From the NCBI RefSeq assembly GCF_002087085.1, contig NZ_MWQY01000014.1, positions 1-64,000 of the forward strand: DNA of 64,000 nt, given 5' to 3'. The notes beneath the pieces are model-generated. The model was not told where the DNA came from. It searched no databases and saw only the letters and a program-made list of their open reading frames with translations. This document shows positions 9,123 to 18,602 of this stretch, piece after piece; position 1 is the first letter of the stretch, and each line of letters opens with the position of its first letter. The position numbers were made by a program, and so were the translations under genes.

Positions 9123-9944
9123 ATGGCCTTAATTACAAGTCAGCAGCTTTCGCGCTTCTTTGAAAGATACAACGATGTTAACCTGACCTTCACCAAGGAC
9201 GTTGTTCGTGCAACAAGACTGCTGCAACGTAATACCCATATAAAGTGCCTTGGCGATCATTGGCCGTGCGTGCTGTATTCCTGTTCAATGAAAGGGGCCA
9301 AGGTTATCGCAAGCTTGAGTAAAAGCTTTTATGAAAAGCTGAAAAGCGCCAACAATCTCGTTACCCTGCATCTGGCTTTTGCTCAGGAAGACAAGAGTAC
9401 TCCTTTGAGTTTTTTCGTTACCAGCAAGATCAATGGTTTTACTCCCTACGATAAATCCAAGCCGAACCTCAATTTTCTCAGCCTTGAATATACCCAGAGG
9501 CCTCCGGACGATCTCATCGTCATCCTCGGAACCCTGGCGGAGGCCAATATAAACTCCTCCCAGCGAAGAGAGGAACGCATCGAGATAACCGCCGATACAA
9601 TCCGAAAACTCGGCCTGAAATCCAAGACGGGCCTGATTTACATTGATGGAATTCCGAGGAAATGCATCATCCGGGACCTCTCCTTCTCCGGCTCAAAACT
9701 GATTCTCCCCGGTATAGGGAAATTTCTTCTCAACAAAAACGCCCTGCTTCGTTTTGAGCTGTCCGAACGCAACAAGCAGATAAGTCTTGACGGTTCAGTG
9801 GTTCGAACGGAAAATGTGGCCGGACGCAAGGACCTGATTGCGGCTGCCGTCAAGTTTGAAGAACCGAAGGTTCCCTACGAATATAAACTTCTGATCAATG
9901 ATTATCTCAACACCCTGCGCAGCAAGAAAGGAAACTTCAGCTGA
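9123..9944 (+). CDS. plzA: PilZ-domain c-di-GMP receptor (spirochete PlzA type)
   Basis: RREER (RxxxR) and DLSFSG motifs; RPPDDLI N-terminal domain. Confidence 0.85.
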   Translation: MALITSQQLSRFFERYNDVNLTFTKDVVRATRLLQRNTHIKCLGDHWPCVLYSCSMKGAKVIASLSKSFYEKLKSANNLVTLHLAFAQEDKSTPLSFFVTSKINGFTPYDKSKPNLNFLSLEYTQRPPDDLIVILGTLAEANINSSQRREERIEITADTIRKLGLKSKTGLIYIDGIPRKCIIRDLSFSGSKLILPGIGKFLLNKNALLRFELSERNKQISLDGSVVRTENVAGRKDLIAAAVKFEEPKVPYEYKLLINDYLNTLRSKKGNFS

Positions 9945-9946
9945 TT

Positions 9947-11038
9947 ATGCCTGGAAAGCCCCTTGATTCAGTCTATTTCATTTCCATTCCGGAACAGTTC
10001 AGCCTTTCTGTGGGAGATTTTTCCGTCGATCCCGCCATCCTGCTCCCTGTGGAACTGCAGTCGCCTGCGGAGAAGCTGGATGTATCATCCATCAGCTGGG
10101 AAATGATCGTCTCCGGTATGTTGAGGGTGATTACATTTTCACCGGAACATGAAAACGCCGATTATTACCGCCGATTTGTTCTGGCGGTAAAACCTGATAT
10201 TGAATCGGAGCTTGTCAGGGCAGGAATCGAAAAAGCCAGACATCACGATTACGACCTCGCCGAAGAGCTTTTTGCCACCGCTGCTGCGGTCAATCCCGAA
10301 TCACTGGCCTCCTGGTTCAACCGTGCCCAGGTTTACGAGAGCCGGGCACGGTCGTATCAGCAGCTGGGAAATGACAGCCTTTGCCAGACCTTTCTTGAAA
10401 AAACGCGTCTGGCCTATGAGGCGGCTCTGAATATAGAACCCCGTTCCGTACAGGCCCTCAGGTCGGCGGGAGAGTTCTATCTTCGAATCGGAAACCATGA
10501 AAAGGCCCTGATCACCTTCAAGGAGCTGGCGGAACAGGAAGACAGCACCGGGGTGAGGGATATCATTGAAGAACTGACTACGCGGAAACGGCTGGATGCA
10601 AAGTTTCAGGAGGCCTACGCTGCCATTCTTGATGGCAGAGAGGAAGATGCCATCAGGTTTATCGACAACTTTCTTGCCGAATCCAATGCCACCTGGACCG
10701 CATGGTTCCTCCGGGGATGGGCGCTCAGGCGTATGGGTAACTATTCCGAAGCTGAAAAGAACTTTCGAACCGCCCTGGACTTGAGTGAACCCCAGACAGA
10801 CATACTGAACGAACTGGCCATCTGCACAATGGAAAACGGTAAATTTGATGAAAGTCGCGGCTTTCTTGAAAAGGCACTGGAACTGGAACCCGAAAACGTA
10901 AAAATCCTCTCGAATATGGGAATAATCGCCCTGAAGCAGGGTAATCCTTCGGAAAGCGAAAATCATTTCAGACGAGTCCTCGAGATTGACCCGAAGGATC
11001 CCATCGCCCTGAATTTCCTGAATTACCTGGATTCATAA
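9947..11038 (+). CDS. Tetratricopeptide-repeat protein
   Basis: Multiple TPR-like repeats (AWFLRGWALRRMGNYSEA, KALELEPENVKILSNMG). Confidence 0.88.
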   Translation: MPGKPLDSVYFISIPEQFSLSVGDFSVDPAILLPVELQSPAEKLDVSSISWEMIVSGMLRVITFSPEHENADYYRRFVLAVKPDIESELVRAGIEKARHHDYDLAEELFATAAAVNPESLASWFNRAQVYESRARSYQQLGNDSLCQTFLEKTRLAYEAALNIEPRSVQALRSAGEFYLRIGNHEKALITFKELAEQEDSTGVRDIIEELTTRKRLDAKFQEAYAAILDGREEDAIRFIDNFLAESNATWTAWFLRGWALRRMGNYSEAEKNFRTALDLSEPQTDILNELAICTMENGKFDESRGFLEKALELEPENVKILSNMGIIALKQGNPSESENHFRRVLEIDPKDPIALNFLNYLDS

Positions 11039-11082
11039 TTCCCCCCCCCCAAAAAAAGCATAATTTTTTTTTGTTTTCTCTC

Positions 11083-11110
11083 TAAAGTTTAAGACCCGGG
11101 GTACCGAAGG
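11083..11110 (+). promoter_or_regulatory. Putative sigma28 (FliA) promoter of flaB1
   Basis: TAAA-N16-ACCGAAGG, a partial match to TAAA-N15/16-GCCGATAA. Confidence 0.5.
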
Positions 11111-11220
11111 TGTGAGTAAGGTAAAGTAGGCTTTACTGTGGTGCGTCGGGGTACTACTCCCCCTTATTCTGTTTATCGGAATTGCGTATTCAGGGTTTAG
11201 CAAAACTTTCCTTAAAAAAG

Positions 11221-11265
11221 GAAAAAAGGCACGGAGGCCTTTTTCTACCATTCTTTTCATGGAGG
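11221..11265 (+). promoter_or_regulatory. CsrA-binding hairpin plus SD-overlapping GGA in the flaB1 leader
   Basis: AAAAAGGC-ACGGAG-GCCTTTTT stem-loop, then ATGGAGG at the SD. Confidence 0.7.
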
Positions 11266-11270
11266 AAGAG

Positions 11271-12131
11271 ATGATCATTAATCACAACATGAGTGCGATC
11301 TACGCGAACAATCGCCTCAACCAGACGAACCGAACTGTTCAGAACAACATGGAAAAGCTGTCTTCCGGACTGCGGATCAACCGCGCCGGCGACGATGCAT
11401 CCGGACTGGCGGTATCGGAAAAGATGCGTTCCCAGATCCGCGGTCTGAATCAGGCTGCAGACAACGCTGAGAACGGCATCTCCTTTATCCAGACCACGGA
11501 AGGTTACCTGCAGGAATCCCAGGATATACTGCACCGGATGAGGGAACTGGCTGTTCAGTCCGCCAACGGCATCTACTCCGACGAAGACCGCATGCAGATC
11601 CAGGTTGAGATTTCCCAGCTCGTCGACGAAATCGACCGAATCGCAAGTCATGCCCAGTTCAACGGTATGAACATGCTGACCGGACGCTTCGCAGCAGACA
11701 TGGGAGAAAACGTTGTTACAGCCTCCATGTGGTTCCACATCGGCGCCAACATGGATCAGCGGGAACGGGTTTTTATCGGTACCATGACCTCCAACGCCCT
11801 GGGTGTTCGGGACATCGGTTCAAACGAAATCATCAGCATGTCCTCTCCGGACAATGCAAACCGGGCCATCGGAACCCTTGATGCGGCACTCAAGAAGATC
11901 AACAAACAGCGGGCCGATCTGGGTGCCTACCAGAACCGCCTTGAGCACGCAGTTGTTGGTATTACCGTAGGGGCTGAAAACCTCCAGGCTGCGGAATCCC
12001 GCATCCGGGACGTAGACATGGCATCTGAGATGGTTGACTACTCCAAGAACCAGATTCTGGTACAGGCTGGAACCGCAATGCTGGCCCAGGCCAACATGAA
12101 GACACAGTCTGTGTTGCAACTTCTGGGATAG
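11271..12131 (+). CDS. flaB: Flagellin core protein FlaB (copy 1)
   Basis: [39 protein letters not shown]; start at ATG 11271. Confidence 0.97.
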   Translation: MIINHNMSAIYANNRLNQTNRTVQNNMEKLSSGLRINRAGDDASGLAVSEKMRSQIRGLNQAADNAENGISFIQTTEGYLQESQDILHRMRELAVQSANGIYSDEDRMQIQVEISQLVDEIDRIASHAQFNGMNMLTGRFAADMGENVVTASMWFHIGANMDQRERVFIGTMTSNALGVRDIGSNEIISMSSPDNANRAIGTLDAALKKINKQRADLGAYQNRLEHAVVGITVGAENLQAAESRIRDVDMASEMVDYSKNQILVQAGTAMLAQANMKTQSVLQLLG

Positions 12132-12288
12132 AGGGTTATATTAATAAGGTAAAACCGTCAGTTCTTTGAAAAAAACCCTCCGGGTTTAGTATGTTCGGTA
12201 TGGGGAGTTCTTCCCTCTCCGGGTAAAATCGGGGATGAGGAAGACCTCCCTGTTACGTCGGATGGCATAACGGAGCGAAAGGCGCGCG

Positions 12289-12317
12289 GAAAGAGAAGCC
12301 TTTCGGCTGTCCGATAG
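12289..12317 (+). promoter_or_regulatory. Putative sigma28 promoter of flaB2
   Basis: -10 TCCGATAG (12310-12317) with a weak GAAAG -35. Confidence 0.5.
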
Positions 12318-12334
12318 TGACATACTTGCTTATA

Positions 12335-12372
12335 AGAGAGGCAAAGGATGCCTCTCTCAATCGATCCAGGAG
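12335..12372 (+). promoter_or_regulatory. CsrA-binding hairpin plus SD GGA in the flaB2 leader
   Basis: AGAGAGGCA-AAGGA-TGCCTCTCT perfect 9-bp stem; CAGGAGG at the SD. Confidence 0.75.
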
Positions 12373-12378
12373 GGTTAT

Positions 12379-13227
12379 ATGATAATAAATCACAACATGT
12401 CAGCCATGTACGCCAACCGGAATCTCGCTGTAAAAGGCAAAGAGTTAAACAGCAACATAGAGAAACTCAGCTCCGGTATGCGTATCAATCGGGCCGGCGA
12501 CGATGCTTCCGGGCTTGCGGTATCCGAAAAGCTGCGGAGCCAGATTCGTGGACTCAACCAGGCAGAACGCAACATTGAAAACGGCGTGTCCTTTATCCAG
12601 ACTACTGAGGGTTACCTTCAGGAGACCCAGGATATTCTGCACCGTCTGCGGGAACTGTCTGTACAATCTGCCAACGGTATCTACTCTGATGAGGACCGTA
12701 TGCAGATCCAGGTTGAAGTCTCTCAGCTGGTTGATGAAATCAACCGGATTGCGAGCCACGCGCAGTTCAACGGCATGAATATGCTGACCGGCGCTTTTGC
12801 CCAGGAATCCGACCGGGTCATGCAGTTCCAGGTAGGAGCTAACATGGACCAGAACGAGCGGGTATACATCGGAACAATGACCGCTCAGGCACTCGGTCTG
12901 CAAGGCGCTCAGGGAGCGGCAGGAGAGATGATCTCTATTTCCACCCCTGATTCGGCGAACATGGCTATCGGTATGGTAGATAGCGCTCTGAGGACCGTCT
13001 CTAAACAGCGGGCCGACCTGGGTGCCTATCAGAACAGGTTTGAAGAAGCCTCTAAAGGCGTCGCTATCGCTGCTGAGAACCTTCAGGCTGCGGAGTCACG
13101 GATTCGTGACGTCGACATGGCCACAGAAATGGTTGATTACGCGAAAAACCAGATCCTGACACAGGCTGGTTCGGCGATGCTGGCACAGGCTAACATGAAG
13201 ACCCAATCTGTTCTTCAGCTTCTTTAG
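12379..13227 (+). CDS. flaB: Flagellin core protein FlaB (copy 2)
   Basis: Same flagellin N- and C-terminal signatures; paralog of 11271-12131. Confidence 0.97.
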   Translation: MIINHNMSAMYANRNLAVKGKELNSNIEKLSSGMRINRAGDDASGLAVSEKLRSQIRGLNQAERNIENGVSFIQTTEGYLQETQDILHRLRELSVQSANGIYSDEDRMQIQVEVSQLVDEINRIASHAQFNGMNMLTGAFAQESDRVMQFQVGANMDQNERVYIGTMTAQALGLQGAQGAAGEMISISTPDSANMAIGMVDSALRTVSKQRADLGAYQNRFEEASKGVAIAAENLQAAESRIRDVDMATEMVDYAKNQILTQAGSAMLAQANMKTQSVLQLL

Positions 13228-13295
13228 TATTTATCATGCTCCGTTTACTGCAGTTCAAGAGATTTCTGGACGTCATCTCTTGAGGCAAGGGGGTC

Positions 13296-13326
13296 GGGAA
13301 GAAACCGCGCTTCTTCCCTTCTCTCT
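13296..13326 (+). terminator. Probable intrinsic terminator after flaB2
   Basis: GGGAAGAA-ACCGCGC-TTCTTCCC followed by a pyrimidine run. Confidence 0.5.
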
Positions 13327-13416
13327 ATTATCATAGTTGTTCCTACTTCATTGTTCTTCATCGACGTGAACTGACATAGAGCCTGGTATTAATGGAGTAA
13401 TCCAGGGAGAAAAACA

Positions 13417-13779
13417 ATGGACCTTGACATTAACGCAATCAGTCATGGGGGAGCTGTTCAGGGACGCCTGAACGACGCAAAAGCATGGAAGCAAAAGCGT
13501 CCGGCAGACACCAGGACTGAACAACCACGAACGATTCCCATGGAAAAGGGCCCGAGTCCTGATGAGGTACAGCGGATGCTCAGGGAAATCGTTAATTTCA
13601 GCAACACTTTTAACCGTCGGCTCAAGTTCTCTGTCAACAGGGATCTGAACCAGGTAGTGGTAAAGGTGATTGATCGGGACACCGATAAAGTAATTAAGGA
13701 AATCCCTCACGAAGGGCTGCAGCGACTGCATATGCGGCTCAAGGAGGCCATCGGGTTGCTCTTCGACGAGGAGATTTAA
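13417..13779 (+). CDS. flaG: FlaG-family flagellar protein
   Basis: RLKFSV...VVVKVIDRDTDKVIKEIP...GLLFDEEI; between flaB and fliD. Confidence 0.92.
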   Translation: MDLDINAISHGGAVQGRLNDAKAWKQKRPADTRTEQPRTIPMEKGPSPDEVQRMLREIVNFSNTFNRRLKFSVNRDLNQVVVKVIDRDTDKVIKEIPHEGLQRLHMRLKEAIGLLFDEEI

Positions 13780-13809
13780 AACCAGTCTTTGTAGAGGACG
13801 CAACGCCTA

Positions 13810-15822
13810 ATGTCCGACTTCTCGATCCCGGGTGTCTCAAGCAAATATAATACCGACAAAATGATAGAAGATCTCATGAAGCTTGAACGCGTTCCCCTTA
13901 CCCGGGCCGAGGAGCGCATCGAGACTTTCGAGCTTCAAAAGCGCAACTGGCAGGAGATAAACAGAGGCCTTGCCCGGGTCCAGGACAGTGCAAAAAAGCT
14001 CTTTGGCTTTGAAAACCCTTTTATGGAACGCCTGGCCGTTTCCGGCGACGAAAGCATACTCGGAGCAAGCGCTTCCAGAGAGGCTGTTGAAGAGACCAGA
14101 TCCGTCCTGGTAAAGAAAGTCGCCAGGGCCGACCGGTTTTTATCCGACAGTCTGGACAATGATTTTCGGGTAGCCAAAGGCATCTACGGTTTCAGTATCG
14201 GTGACCGGGAATTTTCCTTTTCCTATAACGGCGGAACCCTTGCGGATTTTGCCGCTACCCTGCAGCGGCGTTCCAACGGACTTTTACGCAGTTCCGTTGT
14301 AAAGAATACCCCCTCCACACAGGTTCTGATGATAGAAGGAACCCGTACCGGCAGTTCGAATACAATCAGTTTTCTCGAAGATTCCCGGCGTCTTGCCCTG
14401 GACGCAGGTATCCTGAAGCAGGCAGCCGCCGGTTCCCGCACCGTCGAACCGACCCCCGAGACGGTAAAGACTCCGGCGGGAGCCGTTTCGGGGTCTGCCG
14501 CCATCAGCGAGGGAAAGCTCGTTCTCGAACCTCAGACCCGCAGGGAGCTGCAGTTCAGCCCTCCCATACGGCCCGAAGCAGGCTTTATGCTCGAGTTTAC
14601 CGTGGAGATTGAAAAGCTCCCCGAAGATGAATATGTCCCTCCCGAGCCGCCCTCCGGACCGGCTTCACCCGATCCGGGCGGGGTAACCCTCGATGATGTG
14701 ACGGTACGCAACTTTGGAACGAATCCGGCATTGCCTTCATGGTCGCCTCCTCCCCCGCCGGTAAAAACCCTGGACATGAACATTCTGAGTCTCCGGCAGA
14801 GCGGAAGCTCGGTCAGGCTCCCTCCCCTTCGGGACCAGGAAGGTACCCAGACTGTCCAGGTTCCCCTGGAACCCGGCAGCGGAAGCATACAGGCCTTGAT
14901 TGTTGATAATATCAATACCCATCGCAGGGTCAGTGTTTCAGCGGTCCGTTTTTACGATCCCGATTCCCGGGGAGATCTCGAACCGAAGAACCCTGTGGCC
15001 ACAGCCTCAGATGCAGTTATCGAGGTTGATGGAATCGAGGTAATCCGGGAATCCAACGAGATCGACGATGTGATTCAGGGGGTAACCCTTGATCTTCGAC
15101 GTCCCGGGGATCAGGCGATCGACCTGGAAATAACCCCGGACAGAAAGACCGCAAAGGATTCCATTATCGAGTTTGTCGGGTACTATAATCAGCTGATAAG
15201 CCAGATAAACATCTACACCAGTCGTGACGAGACGGTTGTCAATGAACTTGATTATCTCAGCGACGATGAACGCGAGCAGGCCCTTGAGAAACTCGGGCTT
15301 TTTCAGGGAGAAACAAGCCTGACCCAGATGAAAAACCGTCTTCAGCGCATTATGATGGACCCCTACACCACCCGTTCAGGCAGTGAACTTGCCCTGCTGG
15401 CACAAATCGGGATTTCAACCAACAGCAGAACAGGAGGAGCATTGCGGGCCTCAAGGCTCCGGGGATATCTGGAAATAGATGAAGCCGCCCTGGACAAGGC
15501 ACTTGAATCCCGGCTGGAAAGCGTAAAAGACCTCTTCGGCTACGATTCCGACGGAGACCTGATTGTCGACCAGGGTGCAGCGGTCTCCATCGATAACTAT
15601 ATCCGGCCCTATGTCCAGACCGGAGGCATAATTGCCTATAAAACCTCGGCCATCGATGGTCAGATCGACAGAACCAACCGCGAAATCGTCAATCTTGAAC
15701 GCAGCCTGGAACGGAAAGAGCAGCAGTTACGCCGTGAGTATGGTATGATGGAAGGAGCATTACAGCAGCTTGAAGACAATTCCAGATCTCTGGAGAGCTT
15801 TAACAACCGTAATCAGGATTAA
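13810..15822 (+). CDS. fliD: Flagellar filament cap FliD
   Basis: IPGVSSKYNTDKMIEDLMKLER N-terminus; NEIDDVIQGVTLDL; C-terminal coiled coil. Confidence 0.93.
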   Translation: MSDFSIPGVSSKYNTDKMIEDLMKLERVPLTRAEERIETFELQKRNWQEINRGLARVQDSAKKLFGFENPFMERLAVSGDESILGASASREAVEETRSVLVKKVARADRFLSDSLDNDFRVAKGIYGFSIGDREFSFSYNGGTLADFAATLQRRSNGLLRSSVVKNTPSTQVLMIEGTRTGSSNTISFLEDSRRLALDAGILKQAAAGSRTVEPTPETVKTPAGAVSGSAAISEGKLVLEPQTRRELQFSPPIRPEAGFMLEFTVEIEKLPEDEYVPPEPPSGPASPDPGGVTLDDVTVRNFGTNPALPSWSPPPPPVKTLDMNILSLRQSGSSVRLPPLRDQEGTQTVQVPLEPGSGSIQALIVDNINTHRRVSVSAVRFYDPDSRGDLEPKNPVATASDAVIEVDGIEVIRESNEIDDVIQGVTLDLRRPGDQAIDLEITPDRKTAKDSIIEFVGYYNQLISQINIYTSRDETVVNELDYLSDDEREQALEKLGLFQGETSLTQMKNRLQRIMMDPYTTRSGSELALLAQIGISTNSRTGGALRASRLRGYLEIDEAALDKALESRLESVKDLFGYDSDGDLIVDQGAAVSIDNYIRPYVQTGGIIAYKTSAIDGQIDRTNREIVNLERSLERKEQQLRREYGMMEGALQQLEDNSRSLESFNNRNQD

Positions 15823-15845
15823 AATCCGTATCAGAATCAGTAAGG

Positions 15846-16766
15846 ATGACCATGGAAGTTATAATAAACAGCAATCCCGTAGATGTACATCTTGAAGAAG
15901 AAAAGAACGCCTGGGAGGTTGTCCGGCAGCTGGATACCTGGCTTGTGGCGGAAGGCTTTTTTATTACCGGACTGCTTGTTAACGGAAAGGCCGCTTCAAT
16001 CTCCGACGATGATGCCCTGAAAGGGATTAGCATTAATTCCATCGGGAACCTGGAAATCCTTGCCCAGCCCCTCAATGAACTCAGCATAGAACGCTATTCC
16101 ACGCTGCTGCAGTATTTTTCCTATATGTATCGGGCTCTTCAGGAGGGTGATGTAAAGCTCCTCAAGGATTTATCCTCCGAAGCAGGTCCCGTCATCAACA
16201 ATATGGATTCAATACTCAGGCTGAAGGTCGGAGATAAACCTGTGTCGGAGGTTTTCTCCCGACTCATCTCGGAGATGAACTTTGATGGAGACTCCCCGAC
16301 TGTTCCCGCCGATCTCAAGAACTTTACAGCCAATCTCTGTATTTTTATAGAGAGCCGTGCCAGGGAAATCGCGAATCCTCTGCTGGAACTCCGTTCTACC
16401 GCATCCTTGCTTGAATCCTACATTCCAAAACTCGAAGAAATCCCTATTCTGCTTCAGACCGGCAAGGAAAAAGAGGCCATGGAGATGGTCATAGCCTTCT
16501 CCGAGATAAGTGAAAAGCTTACCCGGCTGTATCCTCTCCTCAAGGAACGGGACAGTGAAAACCTGATGACCCAGGAGATAGACGGGGTATCCTTCGAAGA
16601 GTTTTACATCGATCTGAACGCCAAATTTCAGGAACTCACCGAGGCATTGGAAGCCGAGGATTCGATCCTGATAGGCGATCTTCTGGAATATGAGATTGCT
16701 CCGAAAATTCGGGAACTGACCGGTTCCATAGAAAATTTACCGGCCTTCGCGGACAGCAGCCTATGA
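15846..16766 (+). CDS. Conserved hypothetical protein downstream of fliD
   Basis: 306-aa ORF with a D.ILIGDLLEYEI.P C-terminal motif typical of flagella-associated hypotheticals. Confidence 0.7.
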   Translation: MTMEVIINSNPVDVHLEEEKNAWEVVRQLDTWLVAEGFFITGLLVNGKAASISDDDALKGISINSIGNLEILAQPLNELSIERYSTLLQYFSYMYRALQEGDVKLLKDLSSEAGPVINNMDSILRLKVGDKPVSEVFSRLISEMNFDGDSPTVPADLKNFTANLCIFIESRAREIANPLLELRSTASLLESYIPKLEEIPILLQTGKEKEAMEMVIAFSEISEKLTRLYPLLKERDSENLMTQEIDGVSFEEFYIDLNAKFQELTEALEAEDSILIGDLLEYEIAPKIRELTGSIENLPAFADSSL

Positions 16767-17857
16767 GGATACTCATACAGACGACCTTTCAATGGAAGGA
16801 GACCGACCCTGTCTCCATGGTGATCGCAGGGCTTATCTTTGCCGGTTTTATTGTTTTTCTTTTTATCGCCAATGCTGCTTCCCGGAATTCCACAGGCAGA
16901 CCCTCTTCCGGCGGAAACAGGCGCTTCAGCAGACGGTCTTTCTACGTCCGGGCCAAGAGCCTGGGTCTGAATCATGTCCAGATCAAGACCCTGCAGAACC
17001 TGATCAAACGCTTCCAGCCTGTCAATCCCAACAATATTCTGTACAACTCATCCCAGCTTGACTCCCTCCTCAGGCGGGGAATTCAGAGTATTGACGGCCT
17101 GAGCGCTTCGGATCAGCAGAAGGAAAACCAGAAGCTCCAATTGTATCGTATAAAACAGAGTATTGAACGTAATTCAAGCCGCAAGACCCTCTATTCGAAC
17201 ACGAAACAGCTGACCGCGGGGATACAGCTTGTCCTTACCCCGGAACATGGGGGACGCTTTCAGAGCAAGCTCCTGACCAATCTCAAGGGCTCTCTGGCGG
17301 CCTCTGTTCCCCTGGATGCCGAGGGACACCAGATACGATGGAAACGCTGGACGAAACTCAATGTTTTTTTCTGGCGCTCCAACGGACAGGGATACTTCTT
17401 TACTACAAAAATCAGCGGCTATGGAAAGGTCCGGTCCGCGGATGCCCTTTTATTGAACCACACATCCTCTATAACCCAGGCCCAGCAGCGTAAATACCGG
17501 CGACGCAGCATAGAACGTCCCGCCTACTTTTTTCCCGTCCGAATCATGACCGAGGGCATTGGAAAGGATGCCAAAAAGCGGGCCTACGTGGAAGGCAACC
17601 GGGGAACCCTGGCAACCATGCTGGACATTTCCAGCGGCGGCTGCAGCATTCGTACATCCAGACCGCTGTCAAAGGGTGACCTTATCAAAGTTGATTTCGA
17701 GACCGACCAGCGATCGAAAATTTCCTTTTACGGCAAGGTAATGCACACCAGAAAAGCGCGTCCCTTCGGCGGGGTAATGCATATAATGTTCACCCGTATC
17801 AGCAAACGTAACCTTAATAACATCAACGCCTACATTTACAACTACAGTACCTCCTGA
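16763..17857 (+). CDS. Membrane-anchored PilZ-domain (YcgR/flagellar brake-like) protein
   Basis: N-terminal TM; RKYRR (RxxxR) and DISSGG motifs. Confidence 0.8.
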   Translation: MRILIQTTFQWKETDPVSMVIAGLIFAGFIVFLFIANAASRNSTGRPSSGGNRRFSRRSFYVRAKSLGLNHVQIKTLQNLIKRFQPVNPNNILYNSSQLDSLLRRGIQSIDGLSASDQQKENQKLQLYRIKQSIERNSSRKTLYSNTKQLTAGIQLVLTPEHGGRFQSKLLTNLKGSLAASVPLDAEGHQIRWKRWTKLNVFFWRSNGQGYFFTTKISGYGKVRSADALLLNHTSSITQAQQRKYRRRSIERPAYFFPVRIMTEGIGKDAKKRAYVEGNRGTLATMLDISSGGCSIRTSRPLSKGDLIKVDFETDQRSKISFYGKVMHTRKARPFGGVMHIMFTRISKRNLNNINAYIYNYSTS

Positions 17858-17910
17858 TTCCCTGCTTCCTGATATTGACCTCTCACATTTTTTTGCCTAC
17901 AGTTATGTTC

Positions 17911-18171
17911 ATGAAAATTCATGAGATTCGCAATCTCACCAAGAAAGAGACCCCCCTTCATTACAGGAATGAATACACCGGTTCGCTGGTGTATTCCGCC
18001 GGAAAGATTGAAGAAGAGGCTGTCGTTGAATTTACCCTGGAGCGTACAGCTACCGGAAATGTCGATATATCCGTCTCTTTTCCCTCTTCCATCCATTACC
18101 CCCTTGTTCCCGCGGTAAAAAAGGTGAAAGCCTACATAACTGGTCTGGAAAAAACCGGGAGACTGCTCTGA
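17911..18171 (+). CDS. Hypothetical protein (86 aa)
   Basis: ATG 7 nt after TTGACC-N17-TACAGT; coupled to tsaE. Confidence 0.65.
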   Translation: MKIHEIRNLTKKETPLHYRNEYTGSLVYSAGKIEEEAVVEFTLERTATGNVDISVSFPSSIHYPLVPAVKKVKAYITGLEKTGRLL

Positions 18172-18602
18172 ATTCCCACAGATGCAGCTCTCCTGAAGAG
18201 ACCATCTCCTTTGGCCGCAGTGTAGGCGCTTCCCTGACGGCGGGAGATATTGTTTCTCTGGAGGGCAGCCTGGGCGCCGGCAAAACAACCATGGCCAAGG
18301 GTATTATCGAAGCCCTGGGCGTGGCAGAAACCGTAACAAGCCCGACCTTTACCATAATTTCTGAGTACTCCGGCAGGCTTCCGGTGTATCATATGGATCT
18401 GTACCGTATAGAGGACGAGGAAGAGCTCATTCATCTGGGCATCGATGAAATCATTTACGCCGGGGGAATATCCATAATCGAATGGATCGATCGCCTTCCA
18501 GAGTTGCCCTCCCGGTACCTGCGGGTCCTGCTGGAGGTTGTTCAGCCCTCGGGAGACAGGCTTGTCACGGTAGAAACTATCGAAGGACCGAGCCCCTCAT
18601 GA
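18168..18602 (+). CDS. tsaE: tRNA threonylcarbamoyladenosine ATPase TsaE (probable CTG start)
   Basis: Walker A GSLGAGKTT lies upstream of the first ATG; VTSPTF, YHMDLYR, IEW motifs. Confidence 0.9.
   Translation: MNSHRCSSPEETISFGRSVGASLTAGDIVSLEGSLGAGKTTMAKGIIEALGVAETVTSPTFTIISEYSGRLPVYHMDLYRIEDEEELIHLGIDEIIYAGGISIIEWIDRLPELPSRYLRVLLEVVQPSGDRLVTVETIEGPSPS

Noticed and set aside
11271..13227. Repeated sequence blocks
   Set aside because: Ordinary paralogy of two flaB genes, not a repeat element or CRISPR array
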